DNA from: a virus
Taxonomy: Duplodnaviria; Caudoviricetes
DNA length: 27,690 nt
Virus record (IMG/VR): IMGVR_UViG_3300044267_004151
Coordinates: 1 to 27,690 of that record
Reading direction: 5' to 3' (one strand)
In this document: in pieces, positions 9,042-16,103 of the stretch
How positions within the stretch are numbered: the stretch's first letter is position 1
Layout of the letters: each line of letters opens with the position of its first letter
Notes under the pieces: generated by a model
What the model was told of the DNA's origin: nothing
Databases searched by the model: none
What the model saw: only the letters and a program-made list of their open reading frames with translations
Made by a program: the position numbers and the translations under genes

Positions 9042-9580
9042 TATAATTTCCTCGCTATCGGTTCTATTGACCAGTGAACTTGGTCAAGTTTTAATCTTAC
9101 TTCTTCTTTATAGTACTCGTCTTTATATTTTGGATGAACCTCAACCTTCCAATTATCTACATCAATAGAATATACCTTATAAATAATTGCTTCACCTTTA
9201 TCTATATTAGGCTTAACAAACCAGTACTCATTAGGTCTTTTATTTTCATTATGATGTGATTTTTTATTGACAGACAATAAATTTTTTGATAAAGAACATT
9301 TTACATCAATAGAATTTTCATTTATCAATATATCCGGCTCTGCAACCGGTCTTTTCTCAATCAAAGAAGCACCTACAAAATTAATATTATTTTCCTCTAA
9401 ATAATGTCTTGCAATTAATTCGCCAAAAATACCCATCGTTGAAGTATAATTTTCACTCTTACCTCTATACCTTGCAGTGCCTTTACTATATATATTAGAA
9501 CTTAAATTGCTTCTAACAATAGCCAGTTCCTCTGATATTGAGTATAATACCTTGGGATATGTTATACTATCTACCCTCAA
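9041..9580 (-). CDS. PD-(D/E)xK nuclease-fold protein
   Basis: G.FGE helix, PD and IDVK catalytic pattern. Confidence 0.65.
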   Translation of the reverse strand: MRVDSITYPKVLYSISEELAIVRSNLSSNIYSKGTARYRGKSENYTSTMGIFGELIARHYLEENNINFVGASLIEKRPVAEPDILINENSIDVKCSLSKNLLSVNKKSHHNENKRPNEYWFVKPNIDKGEAIIYKVYSIDVDNWKVEVHPKYKDEYYKEEVRLKLDQVHWSIEPIARKL

Positions 9581-9944
9581 CTGCCTTCTTTAATTCTTTC
9601 TCTAGATGTTCTATTGTCATCATTAAACCAAGCCAATCATTGAATTTTAGATCAACTCTTTTTTGACCTTTATAATTATAAATTATAATCGCTTGCTTAC
9701 CAACCGGACAATCCCTCTCAGACTGCTTAATCCAAGAAGGCATTGAAATATTTTTTTGATTTTTACATTCAAAACACCATTCAGAAAAGATTGATTTATT
9801 ATTAATGACAATTATATCACCTTTGAAATCCATTCCTCCAGAAGATGGAGTTCTTTTCACATTTGCATCTGGAGATACTTTGTTTATCTCTTTCGCACAG
9901 TCTCTTTCAAAGCGATTACCTTTATCTTTTACATTTATCACCAT
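9567..9944 (-). CDS. Holliday junction resolvase (Hjc-type)
   Basis: KGNRFER, R.P.SGG, GDI, FECK and W..Q motifs. Confidence 0.85.
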   Translation of the reverse strand: MVINVKDKGNRFERDCAKEINKVSPDANVKRTPSSGGMDFKGDIIVINNKSIFSEWCFECKNQKNISMPSWIKQSERDCPVGKQAIIIYNYKGQKRVDLKFNDWLGLMMTIEHLEKELKKAVEGR

Positions 9945-10135
9945 AACCTCTTATTGATTGATGCTCGTTTTCTATTATATTCTTTTTGATATTCTTTTCT
10001 GCAACAGTCACATAAATGATGCCTATTAGGTGGAGAGCCTACCCTTATAAAAAATTCAATATTTTTTTTTATATTACACCTTTTACACACCTTTGCAGTA
10101 GGGGAATGGCGAAAGGGATTAGTTCTCAAAACCAT
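9938..10135 (-). CDS. Small Cys-rich (zinc finger) protein
   Basis: KVCKRC...F...CDCC pattern; overlaps both neighbours in operon fashion. Confidence 0.6.
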   Translation of the reverse strand: MVLRTNPFRHSPTAKVCKRCNIKKNIEFFIRVGSPPNRHHLCDCCRKEYQKEYNRKRASINKRLW

Positions 10136-10451
10136 TCCCCCCTACATCGTTTGGTAAGTGACCAAACTCTTTCTCGACCTCCTCTAAGCACTTTTCAGAA
10201 ATTGGATCGCCAATAGTTCTTAATCCACTTTCAAGCCATTTACATCTTTCAAGTAAGTGAGCATCGTTTAAATCTCTGTAAAAATCCCTTTCTCTGTATA
10301 ACTCTCTTAATTCTGTATTAAACCTTTGTAGGTCGTTTTTATACTCTATTCTTTCGTGTTTAAATAAGTCATAGACATCTCTTATTAATGAAGAAATTAA
10401 ATCCTTGTCCTTAAAATAATTACTAAATAATCTTTTCAAACTCTGAAGCAT
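10119..10451 (-). CDS. Hypothetical protein
   Basis: Coupled (TAATG) to the replication initiator gene. Confidence 0.65.
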   Translation of the reverse strand: MLQSLKRLFSNYFKDKDLISSLIRDVYDLFKHERIEYKNDLQRFNTELRELYRERDFYRDLNDAHLLERCKWLESGLRTIGDPISEKCLEEVEKEFGHLPNDVGGNGFEN

Positions 10452-11251
10452 TAATTTATCCTCTTTCCAATTTTACCAAATTTATCAAACAATTCCTTAA
10501 CATCTTCTGGACTAGCATATTCAACATCCTCCCTTTCCCTCATTTTCCTTCTTTCTTCTTGCTCTTTTTTAATACGAATTTCATCTTCAAACTCTTTTTG
10601 ATAACCTTCATAATCATTCTTCTTAAATGTACCAAGACGCTTACCTATACCAAACGGCTCATCATCCTCCCACCTCATCTTCTTCCCACCTTTAGAATAC
10701 TCAGACCAATAAGAAATAAAACTATCAACAAGTTTGGGTGCATATTTGTCCGGATGATTTGAAACATATTTCTTTACCTCTGTATCAAACTCAACACAAC
10801 GATCAGTAATTGATTTTGTTTTTTTAATTTTATTTGATTTTATTTTATTTAATGATTCACTTTTGCTTGGCTTTTGCTTGGCTTTTGCTTTCACTTTGCC
10901 ACCTTTACGACCTGCTTCAGAACGGATATTCCTCAAGGTTTCAACCTTCTCCATTCTATGATTAAATGAATTAGACATTATAAATCCACCTTGAACCATA
11001 AATAAATCATAATTATAAACAACATCTTTCACAACCTTGTATTCTTCCTTTATATCCATTACAGATATCATTTCGAGGTCATTTTCTTTAATTGAATAAT
11101 CTTTATTATCACGCATAATTTCAATTAACATAAAATATATACCATATCCTCTTGAGCCGTGCTTAAATCTTAATTTCAAGATTTTTTGATCATTCCTTGC
11201 ATTACTATCGTGTGGAAAATAATAAGCATCTTTCATATTAATCCCTTTCAA
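10451..11251 (-). CDS. Replication initiator, DUF4373 (Lin1244/Lin1753-like) N-terminal domain
   Basis: YYFPHDSNARNDQKI, GYGIYF..IE and RSEAGRKGG motifs; C-terminal F..YWSE...MRWE. ATG at 11236 is an alternative start. Confidence 0.8.
   Translation of the reverse strand: MKGINMKDAYYFPHDSNARNDQKILKLRFKHGSRGYGIYFMLIEIMRDNKDYSIKENDLEMISVMDIKEEYKVVKDVVYNYDLFMVQGGFIMSNSFNHRMEKVETLRNIRSEAGRKGGKVKAKAKQKPSKSESLNKIKSNKIKKTKSITDRCVEFDTEVKKYVSNHPDKYAPKLVDSFISYWSEYSKGGKKMRWEDDEPFGIGKRLGTFKKNDYEGYQKEFEDEIRIKKEQEERRKMREREDVEYASPEDVKELFDKFGKIGKRIN
10860..10890 (+). repeat. 11-bp tandem repeat (CTTTTGCTTGG x2.8), iteron-like
   Basis: Copies start at 10860, 10871 and 10882, next to an almost pure A/T tract (about 10810-10855) inside the initiator gene. 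Confidence 0.55.
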
Positions 11252-11256
11252 TTTTA

Positions 11257-11282
11257 AGAGGGACGGCTAATTCCATCCCTCT
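11257..11282 (-). terminator. Intergenic stem-loop (possible terminator or attenuator)
   Basis: Minus strand AGAGGGATGG-AATTAG-CCGTCCCTCT; weak U tract. Confidence 0.5.
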
Positions 11283-11298
11283 ATTTGCTATATGGTTA

Positions 11299-11646
11299 CT
11301 AAAATGGAAGTTCATTATCTCCGACCGGTTGAGGTTCTTCCATTTTTTCCTTGCCTTTCTCCGTAGAATTATATTCATCTATTCCTAATTTTAAAACCAC
11401 AGATTTGGAATCATTATCAAGATAAATATGCTTCCGGTAGATTGTATTCCCATCTTTATCAGGAGTATCGCTAGCAGTACTTGGTTCTGACAACCACAAA
11501 CCCTCCATACTTTCCATTAATCTAAGACCTTTAATTGTAATTATTACACCCATTGCCGTTTCAATGTTAAGGTCGAAGAATGCTCTACACTTACCCCAAT
11601 TTCCCTTGCTCATACGACTAATTGATAATCCTTCTGTTACATCCAT
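11299..11646 (-). CDS. SpoVG-like nucleic-acid-binding protein with an SSB-type acidic tail
   Basis: RAFFDL, IKGLRLME, GLWLSEPS and YRKHI resemble SpoVG; ends in GDNELPF. Confidence 0.7.
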   Translation of the reverse strand: MDVTEGLSISRMSKGNWGKCRAFFDLNIETAMGVIITIKGLRLMESMEGLWLSEPSTASDTPDKDGNTIYRKHIYLDNDSKSVVLKLGIDEYNSTEKGKEKMEEPQPVGDNELPF

Positions 11647-12335
11647 TATACACTTACCTCCTTGTTATTTTTTTTATCGTATTGTTCATTTTGTTTACGC
11701 ATATGCTCTAGTCCTTTATCAACTTGTGCTTGAGTTTCTAGAGAGTTCCACCACTTTTCTGTTGTGGTTTGTTTTTTCATCCATATAGTATGCGATAATA
11801 ACTTTTTAAACTCCTCGTCCTCTTTTATGCTTTTTTTCAAGGGTTTATTAACACTTTGCCCATCATCATCAATAGTTGCTATCCCAAGAACTGCACACAT
11901 ACTATACCTTCTTCCATAAGTAATAGCAGAGCCATATCCCTGCAGGTCTTGCTTATCTAACATTAATAGCAACCTTGTTTCCAGAAATTGTCCAGACGAA
12001 TGTGCTAATCTTCCAACTATGATTAAATGATGCTCTTTTATATTTGAATCATTATCAAATCCACATAAAAAGACCAATTCATTTTTAGTTAGAGCATCTT
12101 CACTGCCTTCTATGATAGCAGTAATATCAGCATAATTAAACCTCGTCTGACCATATTTCACTTGACTATTCTTAGTAACACCTTTGATTTCTTTTTTTGC
12201 TTTACACAATGCCGTAATCAATTCACCGGTATCACTTGATGTTTTAAAACCTCCCATTCTATTCGCCACTCCCACCTCTTTTGAATATGGAATTGAAGTG
12301 CCCACGAATCCGTTTTGCGATGTTGTATTTGTCAC
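11646..12335 (-). CDS. erf: ERF-family single-strand annealing protein
   Basis: F.YAD, HSSGQ, Q.YGSAITYGRRY and DDDG motifs. Confidence 0.92.
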   Translation of the reverse strand: MTNTTSQNGFVGTSIPYSKEVGVANRMGGFKTSSDTGELITALCKAKKEIKGVTKNSQVKYGQTRFNYADITAIIEGSEDALTKNELVFLCGFDNDSNIKEHHLIIVGRLAHSSGQFLETRLLLMLDKQDLQGYGSAITYGRRYSMCAVLGIATIDDDGQSVNKPLKKSIKEDEEFKKLLSHTIWMKKQTTTEKWWNSLETQAQVDKGLEHMRKQNEQYDKKNNKEVSV

Positions 12336-12525
12336 CTTTTTTTCTCCCTTCTTTTATTTGATTTTCAATTAAAAAGAGTTCAATCAAGTGGCGATACTTC
12401 ATACTTGGAGTTCTTTTATACTGAAGCCAATTACAGACTGCATCAGTACCCACTCCTATCTTTAAAGCAAATTGCCTTTGACTAATCCCTTTTACTTTTA
12501 GTGTCTTTCTTAAGTCCTCAATCAC
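12259..12525 (-). CDS. XRE/Cro-like HTH regulator
   Basis: KGISQRQFALKIGVGTDAVCNWLQYKRTPS. Confidence 0.85.
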   Translation of the reverse strand: MIEDLRKTLKVKGISQRQFALKIGVGTDAVCNWLQYKRTPSMKYRHLIELFLIENQIKEGRKKGDKYNIAKRIRGHFNSIFKRGGSGE

Positions 12526-12764
12526 GATTCCCCCTTCTCATTTAAATGTATAGATAACAGTTCTATAATAATTTTTGTTGCCGATTCGCTAGATGGTGCG
12601 AGTTTAAATACCACACTCATCGCAAAAGTCATCGAGCCAAAAGCAACATCAATGTCCTCCATTCCAACTGACCTAGCATCTGTAAAGTCTACCAAATCAT
12701 TCCTAAGTTCTACAAACCCTTCACACTCACACAGATCAGTAAATTTATCTTTATCTATTGACAT
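12522..12764 (-). CDS. Hypothetical early protein
   Basis: Operon-coupled, GAGG RBS. Confidence 0.65.
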   Translation of the reverse strand: MSIDKDKFTDLCECEGFVELRNDLVDFTDARSVGMEDIDVAFGSMTFAMSVVFKLAPSSESATKIIIELLSIHLNEKGES

Positions 12765-13104
12765 TGACAGACCTCATCTCACCTTTACTTTCCCATCCAA
12801 AATTCTCGTGCTTTCCAGCCATTTCAAAACTATCTGTAGTAAGAAAATACTCTTTTGTAGATGAATTGTAAAAGAATCCAGTTATCTTAATCCCACTCTT
12901 TTCAAGCCAATCAATAGCAATTTCGCATATATTATTTAACTTGTAATTGTATGGTATTATATCATTCTGTCTAAATCTCATATCGTAAATACCCACTCTT
13001 TCCCCTCTTGTATTTGTTGCCGGAAAGAACCTTACCCTAAAACCTCTATGATGCTTATATAACTTTCCATCCCTTCTGAACCGGTATCCATTATTCATTT
13101 TCAT
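12751..13104 (-). CDS. Hypothetical early protein
   Basis: Operon-coupled; PATNTRG.R motif. Confidence 0.7.
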   Translation of the reverse strand: MKMNNGYRFRRDGKLYKHHRGFRVRFFPATNTRGERVGIYDMRFRQNDIIPYNYKLNNICEIAIDWLEKSGIKITGFFYNSSTKEYFLTTDSFEMAGKHENFGWESKGEMRSVNVNR

Positions 13105-13399
13105 TCCCTTTCATTTTATTTTTTTGATACTCTATCAAACCTTCTTCATCCAATGCCCCTATACACTCACATTCCATTAGAATTTTATGTAATTCAACAT
13201 TTGGATCACCTTCCTCCTCCTCAAAGAAACCATCCCCTTCACACCACTTGCAATCCGGATCAGTAAACTGCCTTAACTCTCTATTCGTAGCACTTTCAAT
13301 AAATTCCCTGCGATAATAATCATCATCTTTTACTTCATTATTAAAAGAACTTTCCAAGTAGTCTAAAAATCTATCTATCATTTCTGTATTATTATTCAC
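13091..13399 (-). CDS. Acidic early protein with CxxCxGxG and CxC zinc motif
   Basis: CKWCEGDG...MECEC; GAAAGG RBS. Confidence 0.65.
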   Translation of the reverse strand: MNNNTEMIDRFLDYLESSFNNEVKDDDYYRREFIESATNRELRQFTDPDCKWCEGDGFFEEEEGDPNVELHKILMECECIGALDEEGLIEYQKNKMKGNENE

Positions 13400-13404
13400 A
13401 ATAA

Positions 13405-13629
13405 TTATCCCTTTCTGAAGGTAACAGTACCTTCATTTGTATTTTTATCTATTTTCAGAGTAGCAATAACATTAGTATACTTCTTTATACTATGTATAAA
13501 TTTAAAAATTTCCTCACTGTAAGGCATTTTTACACGGCAGTAGGTATTTGTACCCCCAACCGACAAAACCTTGTCAAATAGGTCATTTTGGACTAAATAC
13601 TTATTTATTATTACTAGAGTACTATTCAA
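13405..13629 (-). CDS. Hypothetical early protein (74 aa; start TTG at 13629, not 13749)
   Basis: GGAGGTG RBS directly upstream of TTG AAT AGT; the longer ORF-track version overlaps another gene. Confidence 0.6.
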   Translation of the reverse strand: MNSTLVIINKYLVQNDLFDKVLSVGGTNTYCRVKMPYSEEIFKFIHSIKKYTNVIATLKIDKNTNEGTVTFRKG

Positions 13630-13786
13630 TTTCACCTCCTTCTTTAAGATTGCAATTATCTGAATTAGAAATACCGGTTTGGATTCCACAGAGAACACAA
13701 ACATCCTCATTGTATATATCAGTATAATAACTGATATGATCACAACCAAGACCTATCAACTCGCTATAATATTTCATTTTACCCAT
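13622..13786 (-). CDS. 54-aa Cys-containing early protein (not in ORF track)
   Basis: TAATG coupling after a GAGGAGG RBS; MGKMKYYSELIGLGCDH...CVLC...EGGEIE. Confidence 0.65.
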   Translation of the reverse strand: MGKMKYYSELIGLGCDHISYYTDIYNEDVCVLCGIQTGISNSDNCNLKEGGEIE

Positions 13787-14067
13787 TATGCAACCTCCTC
13801 ATTCAATATTCTCATCAAACCCCAATGCCCCATTACAGAAAAATCTTGCATAATCCTGCGAACATTGTCATCCGATATTCCAGAATAAACTAGATTCATC
13901 TCTTTTAATTGATCCATTGAATCAATAATAATATTGGTCTTATAATATCCCTTTTCACCTTTATTGATTTGTATCACAGAGACATCCATACCTTTTTTCA
14001 AAAGCCATATGTCTATCGGATTAACTGAAAAACATTCATTTGGCAAGTCTTTTATATTGTATTTCAT
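13786..14067 (-). CDS. Hypothetical early protein
   Basis: Strong RBS; ends EEVA. Confidence 0.75.
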   Translation of the reverse strand: MKYNIKDLPNECFSVNPIDIWLLKKGMDVSVIQINKGEKGYYKTNIIIDSMDQLKEMNLVYSGISDDNVRRIMQDFSVMGHWGLMRILNEEVA

Positions 14068-14295
14068 TTAAGCAACCTCCTCATCACAAATAGCAGATTC
14101 AATAATAGCATTCCGACAAGTTTGTTGATAGTCATAATCACCACTTGAATCAAAAATATCAGTATCAATATCATCTCTCATATATGCTTTTGCCTTTGCT
14201 TTTGCTTGTGTTTTACTTGTAGCATAAACATATACATCTTGATATACTACTGTAGGAATACGGCACTTAACTGTATATAATTTTTTATCAGCCAT
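14068..14295 (-). CDS. Hypothetical early protein
   Basis: Strong RBS; V.A.S..QA pattern common in small phage proteins; ends EEVA. Confidence 0.75.
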   Translation of the reverse strand: MADKKLYTVKCRIPTVVYQDVYVYATSKTQAKAKAKAYMRDDIDTDIFDSSGDYDYQQTCRNAIIESAICDEEVA

Positions 14296-14486
14296 TATGC
14301 AACCTCCTTAATAACCTTATATTCACAAAAAGGTGTAAATATACACCCATTCATAGCAAGAGTATCCCAAGCAGTACCTTTTGCCCAATGCCCTGCTCCT
14401 TCAGTTTCTTCTATAAAATCATCATCAGAAACCACAATCCAAGCATCTTCACCCTTATATTGTTTCATTATTTTTGGATTCTTCAT
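14295..14486 (-). CDS. Hypothetical early protein
   Basis: Strong RBS; ends KEVA. Confidence 0.7.
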   Translation of the reverse strand: MKNPKIMKQYKGEDAWIVVSDDDFIEETEGAGHWAKGTAWDTLAMNGCIFTPFCEYKVIKEVA

Positions 14487-14765
14487 CTATGCAACCTCCT
14501 TTGATGTGTAGAATTTATTGAACATATAATATGTTAAATCCTTAATAGAACCTTTATACAAATCATTTGATTTTAATTTTTTAAATGTTTTGCTCTCATA
14601 CTGATCTGCCCTTATTAGGTATTCCCTTTTTTCTAAATGAACTAACTTTAATTGAGGAAATTGGGGCAACCCATCTTTATGTCTATTATCATCAAAAGCG
14701 CAATTTATTTGAGATATCATAAATTGCAATTTCATTTTGGTTGGTTTTGTTATATTTAATTCCAT
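14487..14765 (-). CDS. First early gene, hypothetical protein
   Basis: First ORF after the control region, AAAGGG RBS; ends KEVA. Confidence 0.7.
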   Translation of the reverse strand: MELNITKPTKMKLQFMISQINCAFDDNRHKDGLPQFPQLKLVHLEKREYLIRADQYESKTFKKLKSNDLYKGSIKDLTYYMFNKFYTSKEVA

Positions 14766-15140
14766 TTAACTAATCCCTTTCGTTTAATGTATTATTATTA
14801 TTATTAATCACGCATTAATTTAAAAATAATATAACTTAAAACCAAAGATAATAATATATATATATACTTTTTATGTAATTATTATACGGAATAATACTTT
14901 TTATAAGTAGTATTATTATCTTGAATTATTATACAATGCAAGAAAAAAGAGATTTTTTCTACTGATGAGTAGATTTTTTCTACTGATGAGTAGATTTTTT
15001 CTACTAATACACATTACAATGCAAGAAAAAAGGGAATTATTCTCTTTTTTTATAAAAGGAATGAGAAAATTTAGTTCTCATTCTTTGTAGCAAATGAATG
15101 TTTTTTATGTTCATTTGTTAATATAAGTTTAAATACCATT
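14766..15140. promoter_or_regulatory. AT-rich non-coding control region (early promoter(s), repeats)
   Basis: Largest intergenic gap, very AT-rich, between the late terminator and the first early gene; contains direct and inverted repeats. Confidence 0.7.
14950..15005 (+). repeat. 21-bp tandem dyad repeat AGATTTTTTCTACTGATGAGT x2.7
   Basis: Units start at 14950, 14971 and 14992; flanked by the 18-bp direct repeat TACAATGCAAGAAAAAAG (14932-14949 and 15015-15032). Confidence 0.9.
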
Positions 15141-15142
15141 AT

Positions 15143-15173
15143 AAAAAGACAAACCCTCGCAAAAGCAAGGGTT
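15143..15173 (-). terminator. Rho-independent terminator of the late operon
   Basis: Minus strand AACCCTTGC-TTTT-GCGAGGGTT followed by TGTCTTTTT, downstream of the last tail gene. Confidence 0.75.
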
Positions 15174-15218
15174 CATCTTGTCGGGAGTTAGCAACGAATG
15201 GAGGAGAGTAACTCGCTA

Positions 15219-16103
15219 CTATACGATTTCTGTAAAGGTTGCAGAAACACTCCAAGCATTTGGACTGATCTGACTTTGTTCCCATTTAGTTATCCTAGCA
15301 TACATAAACCAGTCTATCGCAGTTGGTTGTGTTGCAGTGCCTTTAGGCACACTATCTTGACTTAATTGTAATACTACTGGAATATGGCTTCCTTGTGTGT
15401 ATTTTAATATATCTGATAATGTAGATATTCCACTCTCAGTTCCATCATCCCATTTAATATAATCCCAAGACATATTTATTTCCCTCTGTCTATTAGTATT
15501 GTATAAAGTTGAATATGACCTACCACTTACTGAATTGCTTATTTTATTAAAATTATTAGTATTAATACTTATATCTGAGGGTGTTGTTGGCATTTCAAAT
15601 ATTGGTCCTAAATGTAATATACCAATATCAACAGAACTTGTATCCCAAGTTCCCCCATCATTAATAGCAACCCCAGTTACATCATTGTGGTAGCCAGTTG
15701 TTTCTATCACGCAAATTTGGTTATCTGTGTTGGGGTTCATAAAGTTAGATGAAAAGATGTCTGATCCAGCAATAGCAACACTCGCAGTTGCAGAACTACC
15801 ATCATAGATAGCAAGTTTACCATCAGCAGAACTAAGCGTATGCCCATCCACTACAAGCATATACTTCTTACTAATATTTGAGATTACATTAGATGTTAAG
15901 GTGCCGTCAGTTGTGCTACCAGTTAAATTTGCATCAGATTCTGTGATTGTTGTCTTAGTTGTAGCATTATGGTCAAACATTGTATATAGATTTGAACCAG
16001 TAGCGACCTCTAATGTGCTAAGTGTTATTGTATTAGATATAGATAAATTGTAATTAAAAAAGTCCGGAACAATCTTTACTATCCCTATTTCTGGTACTGC
16101 CAT
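15219..16103 (-). CDS. Tail tip protein (possibly distal-tail/Dit-like)
   Basis: Ser/Thr-rich beta protein; C-terminal SGRSY...REINMSWDY...WSVSATFTE; last late gene. Confidence 0.55.
   Translation of the reverse strand: MAVPEIGIVKIVPDFFNYNLSISNTITLSTLEVATGSNLYTMFDHNATTKTTITESDANLTGSTTDGTLTSNVISNISKKYMLVVDGHTLSSADGKLAIYDGSSATASVAIAGSDIFSSNFMNPNTDNQICVIETTGYHNDVTGVAINDGGTWDTSSVDIGILHLGPIFEMPTTPSDISINTNNFNKISNSVSGRSYSTLYNTNRQREINMSWDYIKWDDGTESGISTLSDILKYTQGSHIPVVLQLSQDSVPKGTATQPTAIDWFMYARITKWEQSQISPNAWSVSATFTEIV

Noticed and set aside
14962-15005. Hammerhead ribozyme (CTGATGAG followed by a stem)
   Set aside because: The stem is not followed by the required GAAA, and stems I and III cannot be formed.
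14950-15005. CRISPR array
   Set aside because: Units are contiguous with no spacers, and no cas genes are present.
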